Made by a program: the position numbers and the translations under genes
Shown: piece by piece, positions 54,200 through 61,754 of the stretch
Numbering within the stretch: position 1 is the first letter of the stretch
Layout: each line of letters begins with the position of its first letter
Source of the DNA: an uncultured Actinomycetes bacterium
GTDB taxonomy: Bacteria; Actinomycetota; UBA4738; HRBIN12
Direction of reading: 5' to 3'
NCBI GenBank assembly: GCA_963706005.1
Contig: CAVPLL010000001.1
Span: 97,603 to 161,602, forward strand
DNA: 64,000 bases
Notes under the pieces: generated by a model
What the model saw: only the letters and a program-made list of their open reading frames with translations
What the model was told of the DNA's origin: nothing
The model's database searches: none

Positions 54200-55537
54200 G
54201 TGCATCCCGAGACCCGGTACGCGAAGGCTGCGGACGGTGTGTCGATCGCGTACCAGGTGGTCGGGGAGGGCCCCAGGGATCTGGTCTGGGTTCCTGGATG
54301 GATCTCGCACCTCGAGGTCGCCTGGGAGGAGCCGACGCTCGCTCGCTTCTTCGAGCGGCTCGCGTCGTTCACCCGCTTGATCATGTTCGACAAGCGCGGG
54401 ACCGGCTTGTCCGACCGCGTGGCCGAATCCGATCTGCCCACGCTCGAGACGCGGATGAGCGACGTGCTCGCTGTGTGTGACGCCATCGGTTCGACGAGCG
54501 CGGCTCTGCTGGGAGTGTCGGAGGGCGCCCCGATGTGCGCGCTGTTCGCAGCCACCTATCCGGAGCGGACGACGGCGCTCGTCTTGTTCGGAGGCTTCGC
54601 GCGACGGTTACGGAGCACCGACTACCAGCCGGGGATCTCGGCCGACGCCTACGAGGAGATGCTGCGAGAGATCGCGGACGGATGGGGAGGCCCGGTCGGC
54701 ATCGACTTCCGAGCCCCGAGCCGAGTCAACGATGCGCGGTTCCGTGACAACTGGGCTCGATACCTGCGCGCCGGAGCGAGCCCGGGGGCCGCGATCGCGC
54801 TCACGCGCATGAACCGCGAGATCGACGTTCGAGCGGTGCTCTCATCGATCCGGGTTCCCGCACTGGTCCTGCATCGCACGGGCGATCGTGCGATCTCGGT
54901 CGAGGCGGGTCGTTACCTAGCAGACCACATCCCCGATGCCACGTTCGTCGAGCTTCCCGGCGTCGATCATCTGCCGTGGGTCGGGGACAGCGAACGGGTC
55001 GTCTCCGAGATCGAGGAGTTCCTGACCGGTGTCCGCGGGAGCGCGATGCCCGATCGGGTGCTCGGAACGGTGCTGTTCACCGACATCGTCGGTTCGACCG
55101 CGACGGCCGCTGAGATCGGTGACCTCGGGTGGAAGGACCTGCTCGGAGCGCACAACGAGAGGGTTCGCCGCGAGTTCGAGCGGTTCGGTGGCAGGGAGGC
55201 GAAGACGACCGGTGACGGGTTCCTCGCGACCTTCGACGGACCCGCTCGAGCGGTGCGCTGTGCCCGAGCGATCACGATGACCGTCCGCGAGATCGGGATC
55301 GAGGTCCGGGCCGGCGTTCACACTGGGGAGATCGAGTTCGAGGGTGCCGAGGTGCACGGGATCGCCGTGCATATCGGTGCTCGGGTGGCGGCGATGGCCG
55401 CAGCTGGGGAGGTCCTCGTCTCCTCTACGGTCAAGGACCTCATCGCGGGATCCGGTCTGGCGTTCGCCGACAGGGGCGAACACACGCTCAAAGGGGTTCC
55501 GGGGAGGTGGCGGATCTTCGCGCTCGTCGAGCCGTGA
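54200..55537 (+). CDS. alpha/beta-hydrolase domain fused to a class III adenylate/guanylate cyclase
   Basis: In-frame GTG at 54200 (VHPETRYAKAADGVSIAYQVVGEGPRDLVWVPGW...FDKRGTGLSD). Cyclase part TVLFTDIVGST, TTGDGFLATF, GIAVHIGARV. The upstream 960 aa of the 1409-aa track ORF is antisense shadow. Confidence 0.85.
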   Translation: MHPETRYAKAADGVSIAYQVVGEGPRDLVWVPGWISHLEVAWEEPTLARFFERLASFTRLIMFDKRGTGLSDRVAESDLPTLETRMSDVLAVCDAIGSTSAALLGVSEGAPMCALFAATYPERTTALVLFGGFARRLRSTDYQPGISADAYEEMLREIADGWGGPVGIDFRAPSRVNDARFRDNWARYLRAGASPGAAIALTRMNREIDVRAVLSSIRVPALVLHRTGDRAISVEAGRYLADHIPDATFVELPGVDHLPWVGDSERVVSEIEEFLTGVRGSAMPDRVLGTVLFTDIVGSTATAAEIGDLGWKDLLGAHNERVRREFERFGGREAKTTGDGFLATFDGPARAVRCARAITMTVREIGIEVRAGVHTGEIEFEGAEVHGIAVHIGARVAAMAAAGEVLVSSTVKDLIAGSGLAFADRGEHTLKGVPGRWRIFALVEP

Positions 55538-55571
55538 GCAGCACGGCCGGTCCGCGGACCGAGGGCTCGGG

Positions 55572-56408
55572 TCAGCGGACCGGCTCGTCCTCGGCGGGTC
55601 GCCTCACGCGCAGGACCATCGCGTCGACCGGGTGACCTTTGAGCGAAACGTGCCGCCGCTCGATGCCCCCGTCCGTCATCCCGGCCGCCTCCGCTGTCGC
55701 CTCGGTGACCAAGATCTCGCCGGCGGCCGCCTGCGACGCGAGGTGGGCCGCGATGTTGACCGGGTCGCCGAGCGCGGTGAAATCGCTCGAGGTCTTCGTT
55801 CCGACGACGCCGACGAATGCGGTCCCGGTGTGCACGCCCGCGCCGAGCGGCACCCACGGCGTTCCGTCGGCGTGGCCCGTCGCCCGCAGCAGCGCCTCGG
55901 CCGCGTCGACCCCGCGCCGCGCGTGTTCCGGACCGGTCAGGAGCGGGAGGAAGAGCCCGACCACCTCGTCGCCGACGAACTTCTCGACGATGGCGTCGGC
56001 CTCGACGAGCACGTCCTTGGAGACCGAGTAGAAGCGGTTCATGAGGAGCGTGAAGTCCCTCGTCGGCATCTGGCGGGCGAGCTTGCTCGAGCCGCGGATG
56101 TCCGCGAACAGCATCGTGAGCTCGACCTCGGCGCCGTTGACCTCTCGATCCTCGACGGAGCCCGGGCACATCTTCGCGGCCGCCTCGATGCTCGTGAAGC
56201 ATCGCCCGCAGATGTTCGGGTTCTTCTCCCATGGTTTGAACCCATACCGCTTGAGCACGAACGAGCCGGGGGCGCCGAAGGGGGCGGAGCAGAGCCTGCA
56301 CCGAGGGTTCGACGGGATGAACCGCAGCGGGCTCTTGTCGTGGAGATGGGGGTGGGTCCCACTGAGCATGGCGGCCCATTCGTCCTCGGGGGTCGCGTAG
56401 GTCGCCAT
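55572..56408 (-). CDS. zinc-ribbon-like N-terminus fused to a class III nucleotide cyclase domain
   Basis: CRLCSAPF...CGRCF, then LTMLFADIRGSS, EKFVGDEVVGLF and GDPVNIAAHLAS. A His sits at the usual transition-state Arg position. Confidence 0.85.
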   Translation of the reverse strand: MATYATPEDEWAAMLSGTHPHLHDKSPLRFIPSNPRCRLCSAPFGAPGSFVLKRYGFKPWEKNPNICGRCFTSIEAAAKMCPGSVEDREVNGAEVELTMLFADIRGSSKLARQMPTRDFTLLMNRFYSVSKDVLVEADAIVEKFVGDEVVGLFLPLLTGPEHARRGVDAAEALLRATGHADGTPWVPLGAGVHTGTAFVGVVGTKTSSDFTALGDPVNIAAHLASQAAAGEILVTEATAEAAGMTDGGIERRHVSLKGHPVDAMVLRVRRPAEDEPVR

Positions 56409-56429
56409 CTCAGGGCGGAGCCTAGAGGG

Positions 56430-57944
56430 TCAGTCGTCGATGTGCCGCAGCTCCCCGTCACCGTCGAACTCGAATCGGTGGACGTCCCACTTGACGCCGC
56501 TCGGCGCGGGGCGCTCGAGCTTCTGCGCCATCACCAGCTTGCGGCCGTCGGTCCGCAGGTTGATGAGCCCGTAGACGGCGATCGCGCGCTCGATGGCCGA
56601 CGCGTGGTCGGCGATGAGGGCGAGCACGGCGTCTCGCTCCTCTTCGCTCGTGGCGGCGTCCAGCGCGGCCTCGAGGCCCGACAGCTCATCACGGAGCGCC
56701 TGGACCTGCTTGATGTTCTCGCGCGCCGACCTCGCGAGCTCGGTGCTGAAGATGAGGGGCCGGGTTCCCCGTCCCCACTTGCCGAGCGCGCCGAGCGCGT
56801 CGGGCCTCGGGTGGGCGAACGGCTCGTCGTCGCCGCTCGAGACCACCGTCACCAGCGCGTTCATGGCACCGAGGAACCCGTCGACGAAGTCGGCGCTGCC
56901 GTGGTGACAGCTCTTCGCGACATCGGATCCGAAGATCGCGCGTGCGGCCTCGATCATCTGCTCGCGTCTCGCATCGTCCGCTCCGACGGGATCGATGCCC
57001 GTGGTGCGCTCGAGCAGGCGGCGTTGGGAGGCCGAATTCAGATCGCCCGTCAGGAGCACCGAGATGTCGCGGTACCGGAGCCGGAGCGTCACGGAGTGAC
57101 CGTTCTTGGTGATCCCGTCGTCGCCGAGTCTTCGCAGGGCGGGTTCGCCGTCGACCTCGGTGGTGATCGGTGCGAGCACCTGGATCGCCAGGTCCTCGTC
57201 CGGTCCGAACCCCTCCACGAACGCCCCGGCCGAGAGCATCGCGACGTCGTCCGCGAGTGCGCCGTCGACCGCGGTCTTCATCAGGTTGGGGTAGTGCATC
57301 GCTCCGACCTGGGCCGGGTCGTCGATGATCGCGTGCAGCGCCGAGAGGTCCGTCACGACATCCGTCTGATAGGTGACGCCGTCGACCTCGGTCGTCGGCC
57401 CGAGTCGCGGACCGCCGGCGCGTTCCATCAGGCCGTTGTGGTACAGCGCCCCGAAGTGGAACCTGCCCGAGTCGAGCAGCTTCACGAACCCCCCGTAGTG
57501 ATCCTCATCGGGATGGGTGATGACGCCCGCGAGGAAGTCGATCCGCCACCAGGGGTGGAAGCGCAGGTTGAAGCGCCAACTGAGGAACCGGAGCATGTTG
57601 TCGTCCAGGCCGGCGTCGACGAGGAGGTAGTCGTCGTTCGGGGTGACGATGAAGGTCCCGTCGCCCTGGCCGACGTCGACGAAGTTGACCTCCAGCAGTC
57701 GCTCGGCCTGGATCTCGGACCGGCGCATCCATCCGTCCATGCCGCGAGCGCGCACCTGGACCCAGTCGCCGTCCTCGACGCCCGTGAGGCCGACGTAGTC
57801 ACCCCAGATCGTGTGCTCGACCCGCTCGCCATCGGGTGCATCGAGCACGAAGGGCGCGGGGTAGCCGGCGAACGCCTTCTGCGGCGTTCCGAGCGCCGCG
57901 GTCTCGAGATCCGGCACGCGTGTCCCCCCTCGCCTCGAGGACAT
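56430..57944 (-). CDS. ComEC/Rec2-type metallo-beta-lactamase-fold protein with SH3-like N-terminus and C-terminal extension
   Basis: ATG at 57944. GDWVQVRARGMDGWMRRSEI; VNFVDVGQGDGTFIV..LLVDAG; THPDEDHYGG; NGHSVTLRLRY..VLLTGDL; KSCHHGS; SSGDDEPFAHPRPD. Confidence 0.8.
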   Translation of the reverse strand: MSSRRGGTRVPDLETAALGTPQKAFAGYPAPFVLDAPDGERVEHTIWGDYVGLTGVEDGDWVQVRARGMDGWMRRSEIQAERLLEVNFVDVGQGDGTFIVTPNDDYLLVDAGLDDNMLRFLSWRFNLRFHPWWRIDFLAGVITHPDEDHYGGFVKLLDSGRFHFGALYHNGLMERAGGPRLGPTTEVDGVTYQTDVVTDLSALHAIIDDPAQVGAMHYPNLMKTAVDGALADDVAMLSAGAFVEGFGPDEDLAIQVLAPITTEVDGEPALRRLGDDGITKNGHSVTLRLRYRDISVLLTGDLNSASQRRLLERTTGIDPVGADDARREQMIEAARAIFGSDVAKSCHHGSADFVDGFLGAMNALVTVVSSGDDEPFAHPRPDALGALGKWGRGTRPLIFSTELARSARENIKQVQALRDELSGLEAALDAATSEEERDAVLALIADHASAIERAIAVYGLINLRTDGRKLVMAQKLERPAPSGVKWDVHRFEFDGDGELRHIDD

Positions 57945-58071
57945 GGGCGCATCGCGCGGTCGGGGTGTCAAGTCCCTCGTTCTCCCTCGATCACCTGCGG
58001 GCGCCGGACACCGGTGGAACCGTTCGGCCGTGCCGCCGGTCGTGTCAGAAAGCGACCGAGAGGAGGCGCGG

Positions 58072-58686
58072 ATGCACTCGCGAGACATCCGACGGGGGGT
58101 ATCGGCCGCCGCCGTGGTCGTCCTGCTCGGCGCGCTCACGCTCGCGCCCGGCGTCGCCTCGGCGAGCGGCGGGGGCGGATGCGGCCAGCCGGTGACCGAC
58201 GCGACCGGGACCGCGGTCGACATCCGCGACTACTGCTTCTCCCCGACGATCCTGCGCGTGTCGACCGGCGGCGAGGTGACGTTCACGAACGTCGATCCGG
58301 TGCCGCACTCCGTCCTGGGCGCGAACGCCACCTGGGGCGACTACGCGGGCTTCAAGAAAAGGACGGTGACGTACCGGTTCTCCGAGCCAGGCGTCTATCC
58401 CTACGTGTGCACGTACCACGCGGGGATGGTCGGCGTGGTGGTCGTGGGTGACGGCATCGGCGGAGCGACCGACACGACGACCGCCGATGGTCCGGTCACG
58501 AAGCTCGATGCGTCCGACCTGGCGCTCGAGAAGACCGCGGCCGTGGCCGGCGAGGCGGCGCCGGAGCCGAGCCGCGCTTGGCCCGTCGCCGCGGCCGCGT
58601 CGGGGATCGCGGTGGGGGCGCTCGCCTGGATGATCGTCCGGCGGCGGCGCTCCTCTCCGGCCGGGGGTCCGGGGCCGGGCCGGTAG
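58072..58686 (+). CDS. cupredoxin (plastocyanin/azurin-like type 1 copper protein) with C-terminal TM anchor
   Basis: ATG at 58072 preceded by GAGGAGG. Signal peptide present. Copper ligands PHSV...YVCTYHAGM (H, C, H, M). C-terminal TM VAAAASGIAVGALAWMIV. Confidence 0.8.
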   Translation: MHSRDIRRGVSAAAVVVLLGALTLAPGVASASGGGGCGQPVTDATGTAVDIRDYCFSPTILRVSTGGEVTFTNVDPVPHSVLGANATWGDYAGFKKRTVTYRFSEPGVYPYVCTYHAGMVGVVVVGDGIGGATDTTTADGPVTKLDASDLALEKTAAVAGEAAPEPSRAWPVAAAASGIAVGALAWMIVRRRRSSPAGGPGPGR

Positions 58687-58696
58687 CCTCGAGGCG

Positions 58697-59893
58697 GTGA
58701 ACCGTCCCCGACGCTGGATTCCCGTCATCGTCCTGGTCGCCGCCCTGCTGGCGGCGTGCGGACCGGACGACGCGACCGGGCCGCGGGCGACCGGCCGCAC
58801 GTCGCCGGGCGGTGACGCCCCGACGTCCCCGCCGGCCTCGCCGAGACCGGGTCGAACCGATGCGCGCATCCGGCTCGTCCCGATCGCCGAGCTCGAGCAG
58901 CCGGTCGCCATGGCGGTCCGCGCCGGCGATCCGGCCTTGTACGTGGCCGAGAAGGTGGGTCGCGTGGTCGCGCTCGTCTCCGGTTCGGATCCGCGGGTCG
59001 TCCTCGACCTGACCGACCGCGTGTCGCTCGGGAGCGAACAGGGCCTGCTCGGGCTGGTGTTCTCTCCGGACGGGCGATACGTATACGTTGACTTCACGGA
59101 CACCGCGGGCGACACGCACGTGACGGAGTTCGCGTTCGGCGACGCGGGCGTCGATCCCGGGACCGGGCGCGAGGTGCTGTTCGTCGATCAACCGTTCTCG
59201 AACCACAACGGCGGCGCGCTCGCGTTCGGACCGGACGGATACCTGTACGTCGCGCTCGGCGACGGTGGGAGCGCCGGCGACCCGATGGGGAACGGGCAGT
59301 CGCTCTCGACGCTCCTCGGCAAGCTGCTGCGGATCTCCCCGAGGCCGTCCAGCGGCCGACCGTACGTGATCCCGCCGGACAACCCGTTCGTCGGGCGCGA
59401 GGGCGCGCGTCCCGAGATCTGGGACTACGGCCTTCGGAACCCGTGGCGGTTCTCGTTCGACGCCGCCACCGGCGACCTGTGGATCGGCGACGTCGGGCAG
59501 AACGCCTGGGAGGAGATCGACCTCGAGCGCGCGGGTTCGAGCGGCGGGTCGAACTTCGGGTGGAACCTCCTCGAGGGCACGCACCCGTTCGAACGTCGGT
59601 CCGCCCCCGGGTCGGTTGCGCCCGTGTTCGAGTACGCGCACGGCGACGGCTCGTGCGCGGTCACCGGCGGGTACGTGTACCGGGGCGCGGAGATCGAGGG
59701 CCTGGCCGGCGCCTACGTCTTCGCCGACTACTGCCGCGGCAGGCTGGAGGCGTTCGTCCAGCGGGACGGCCGAGCGACGCACCTTCGCGCCCTCGGGCCC
59801 CGGGTCGATGCGGTCGCGTCGTTCGGGCAGGACGCCGATGGCGAGCTCTACGTGCTGTCCCTGACGGGGACCGTCTTCCGGCTCGCGCCCTGA
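58697..59893 (+). CDS. PQQ-dependent soluble sugar (glucose/sorbosone) dehydrogenase-like lipoprotein
   Basis: Lipobox LLAAC. NHNGGALAFGPDGYLYVALGDGGSAGDP, GKLLRI, RNPWRFSFD, GDLWIGDVGQNAWEEI, NFGWN. Confidence 0.85.
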   Translation: MNRPRRWIPVIVLVAALLAACGPDDATGPRATGRTSPGGDAPTSPPASPRPGRTDARIRLVPIAELEQPVAMAVRAGDPALYVAEKVGRVVALVSGSDPRVVLDLTDRVSLGSEQGLLGLVFSPDGRYVYVDFTDTAGDTHVTEFAFGDAGVDPGTGREVLFVDQPFSNHNGGALAFGPDGYLYVALGDGGSAGDPMGNGQSLSTLLGKLLRISPRPSSGRPYVIPPDNPFVGREGARPEIWDYGLRNPWRFSFDAATGDLWIGDVGQNAWEEIDLERAGSSGGSNFGWNLLEGTHPFERRSAPGSVAPVFEYAHGDGSCAVTGGYVYRGAEIEGLAGAYVFADYCRGRLEAFVQRDGRATHLRALGPRVDAVASFGQDADGELYVLSLTGTVFRLAP

Positions 59894-59976
59894 TCTCCGC
59901 GGATCCCCCCGGGCATACTGGACGCTCAGCGCGGGTTGCGGGGTGCAACGACAACGGAACGGGGACGGGGGGCGGC

Positions 59977-60453
59977 ATGGGGACGACGGAGCAGGGACCG
60001 GGCGGCGTGAAGGAGCTCGGACACATCGTGCTGTACGTGCGGGACCTCGAGCGTTCGGTGCGGTTCTACCGGGACGTGCTCGGCTGGCGTCAGGTGGGAC
60101 CCGGAGACGGCCTGCCGTTCTCGGCGGCGATGTTCTCGAGCGGCCGCACCCATCACGAGCTGCTCCTGATCGAGGTCGGCCCCGACGCCGCCCCGATCCC
60201 CGCTGGGCGCCGGGTGGGCCTGTACCACTTCGGGCTGAAGGTGGGTGACACGGACGACGAGCTGCGCGCGGCGCTGGCGCGGTTGCAGGAGGGCGGCGTG
60301 CCGCTCCTGGGCACCGCCGACCACGGGATGACGCACAGCCTGTACCTCGCCGACCCCGACGGGAACGAGATCGAGCTCTACATCGACGTCGAGGGGGTCG
60401 ACTGGAACGACCCGGAGGTACTGATGTCGAGGCCACGGGCCCTGCAGCTGTAG
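59977..60453 (+). CDS. VOC/glyoxalase-family protein
   Basis: In-frame ATG at 59977. LGHIVLYVRDLERSVRFYRDVLGW...HHELLL...YHFGLKV...SLYLADPDGNEIELY. Confidence 0.85.
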   Translation: MGTTEQGPGGVKELGHIVLYVRDLERSVRFYRDVLGWRQVGPGDGLPFSAAMFSSGRTHHELLLIEVGPDAAPIPAGRRVGLYHFGLKVGDTDDELRAALARLQEGGVPLLGTADHGMTHSLYLADPDGNEIELYIDVEGVDWNDPEVLMSRPRALQL

Positions 60454-60473
60454 GAGCCACTACCTCCGTCCGC

Positions 60474-61007
60474 TCAGTCGAACCAATCGTCGAACGCCCG
60501 GCGACGTCGCACGCGGAGGCGATCGCTCGCGTCCCGGACGAACCAGGCGAGCTCCTCGCCGGCATCGTTCGGTCGAGCCGCGGCGCTCCGGCACGCGATC
60601 GCCGGCTCGCGCTGGTCCCACGCGATCTGCCCGATCGGGCGACAGCGCTCCCAGCCGATCTCGGTCCCGTCCGCGTCTCGCGGGTAGGTCGTGGGGAGAC
60701 CGGCGGCCCGGCATCCGGCGTCGGTGACCACGTCCATCGCGCGATGGGAGCCGACCTCCGTCTCGACCAGCGTCGGTCGCCGTTCGGGGAGCAGGTCGAG
60801 GGCGGAGTACGGAAGGCCGTCGAACCGTTTGAGGACGTTCGCCCGCGCGATATCGACGGTCGAGCAGAGGTAGACGACCGGGAACGAGTCGGGTGGGTTC
60901 CACCGGGCCCCGCGTTCGGCCGCGAAGCGACCGTCGAGCGGCGATGTCCACGAAGGATCGGCGACGCGAAGGTAGGTCCCGCCGCGGACGACGTGCCGGA
61001 ACCTCAC
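60474..61007 (-). CDS. RES-domain toxin
   Basis: GARWNPP (Arg), EVGSH../..EELAW (Glu) and IACRSAA (Ser) fit the R-E-S pattern. Lies 7 nt downstream of an Xre/DUF2384-type antitoxin gene. Confidence 0.85.
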   Translation of the reverse strand: MRFRHVVRGGTYLRVADPSWTSPLDGRFAAERGARWNPPDSFPVVYLCSTVDIARANVLKRFDGLPYSALDLLPERRPTLVETEVGSHRAMDVVTDAGCRAAGLPTTYPRDADGTEIGWERCRPIGQIAWDQREPAIACRSAAARPNDAGEELAWFVRDASDRLRVRRRRAFDDWFD

Positions 61008-61014
61008 CCGATCG

Positions 61015-61704
61015 TCAGGCGCTCCAGGCCCAATCGAACGATCGACGGACGCTCTGCAGGAGCTCGTCGTGGCGATCGGCCGCGATCATCTCGAGCATGG
61101 AGACACCGCCGTAGGTCTCGCTCGAGGTGCGGACGACCCCCGGGATCCGTTCGGGCACCAGGTTCCGCTCGAGCAGGTCGACGATCTCGCTGAGCGCGAG
61201 GAGCTTGGTCTGCCGCGCCGACGGCACCCCGTCGTCGAGCCACTGCTGGACGGCCTGCCGCTGGACGCCGAAGAGCCGAGCGACGTCGGTGATCGAGAGG
61301 TCCCATCCGCGGATGACGCGTTCGAGGCTCGCGCCGGGACGAGCGAGCTCGACGAGGACCGCCCGGGCGAAGCCGCGCAGGCCGGTCGCCGACGGATGCG
61401 CGGGCCGCGGCGTGCGCGGGATCGTGGCCCCCTCCATCTCCGGGATGATGCTCGCCGCCACCGACACCAGCTCACGGAGCGGTCCACCGGGGTCGAACGG
61501 TGCGGTGAGGGCGAGATGCTCGAGCACGTCGGCCGTCGAGGGCGGCGCCTCCGGGTGTTCCGCGACGATCGTGCCGACCAGTTCCCGCCAGGCGCGTGTG
61601 TATCGGCGCGCGGCTCCCTCGTTCCCCGCGAGGGCCGCGGGGAGCCATCGCGTCACCTCGGCGCAGAGCCCGGGGTCGAGCCTCGTGGCCGTGATCGAAC
61701 CCAT
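61015..61704 (-). CDS. Xre-family antitoxin with MbcA/ParS-type toxin-binding C-terminus and an extended N-terminal region
   Basis: HTH LSITDVARLFGVQRQAVQQWL. C-terminal IPGVVRTSSETYGGVSMLEMIAADRHDELLQSVRRSFDW is DUF2384-like. About 100 extra N-terminal residues. Confidence 0.8.
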   Translation of the reverse strand: MGSITATRLDPGLCAEVTRWLPAALAGNEGAARRYTRAWRELVGTIVAEHPEAPPSTADVLEHLALTAPFDPGGPLRELVSVAASIIPEMEGATIPRTPRPAHPSATGLRGFARAVLVELARPGASLERVIRGWDLSITDVARLFGVQRQAVQQWLDDGVPSARQTKLLALSEIVDLLERNLVPERIPGVVRTSSETYGGVSMLEMIAADRHDELLQSVRRSFDWAWSA

Positions 61705-61710
61705 GCCGCG

Positions 61711-61735
61711 AGTCTAGCGCAAGTGAAACGCAAGT
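61711..61735 (-). promoter_or_regulatory. putative promoter/operator of the Xre-RES operon
   Basis: Minus-strand TAGACT (61716-61711) ends 6 nt before ATG 61704. The direct repeat ACTTGCG occurs twice, 11 bp apart (plus-strand CGCAAGT at 61718-61724 and 61729-61735). Confidence 0.4.
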
Positions 61736-61754
61736 ATCATCCTCCACGCCCGGT

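Noticed and set aside
54203-54205. ATG at 54205 as the start of the cNMP-binding transporter gene
   Set aside because: It would make the two divergent genes overlap at their 5' ends and leave no promoter space. The GTG codons at 54160/54148 give a natural N-terminus (..SAVERLLKIQRGE). This is not excluded, only disfavoured.
55572-57944. Calling the cyclase/MBL pair a Pycsar or CBASS system
   Set aside because: Pycsar effectors carry a CNB domain, and CBASS uses CD-NTase rather than class III cyclases. Neither a sensor domain nor a CD-NTase is visible. The pair is therefore kept only as an unclassified candidate.
55344-58451. 1035-aa plus-strand ORF
   Set aside because: It is antisense to the cyclase and MBL genes and shows no domain signatures.
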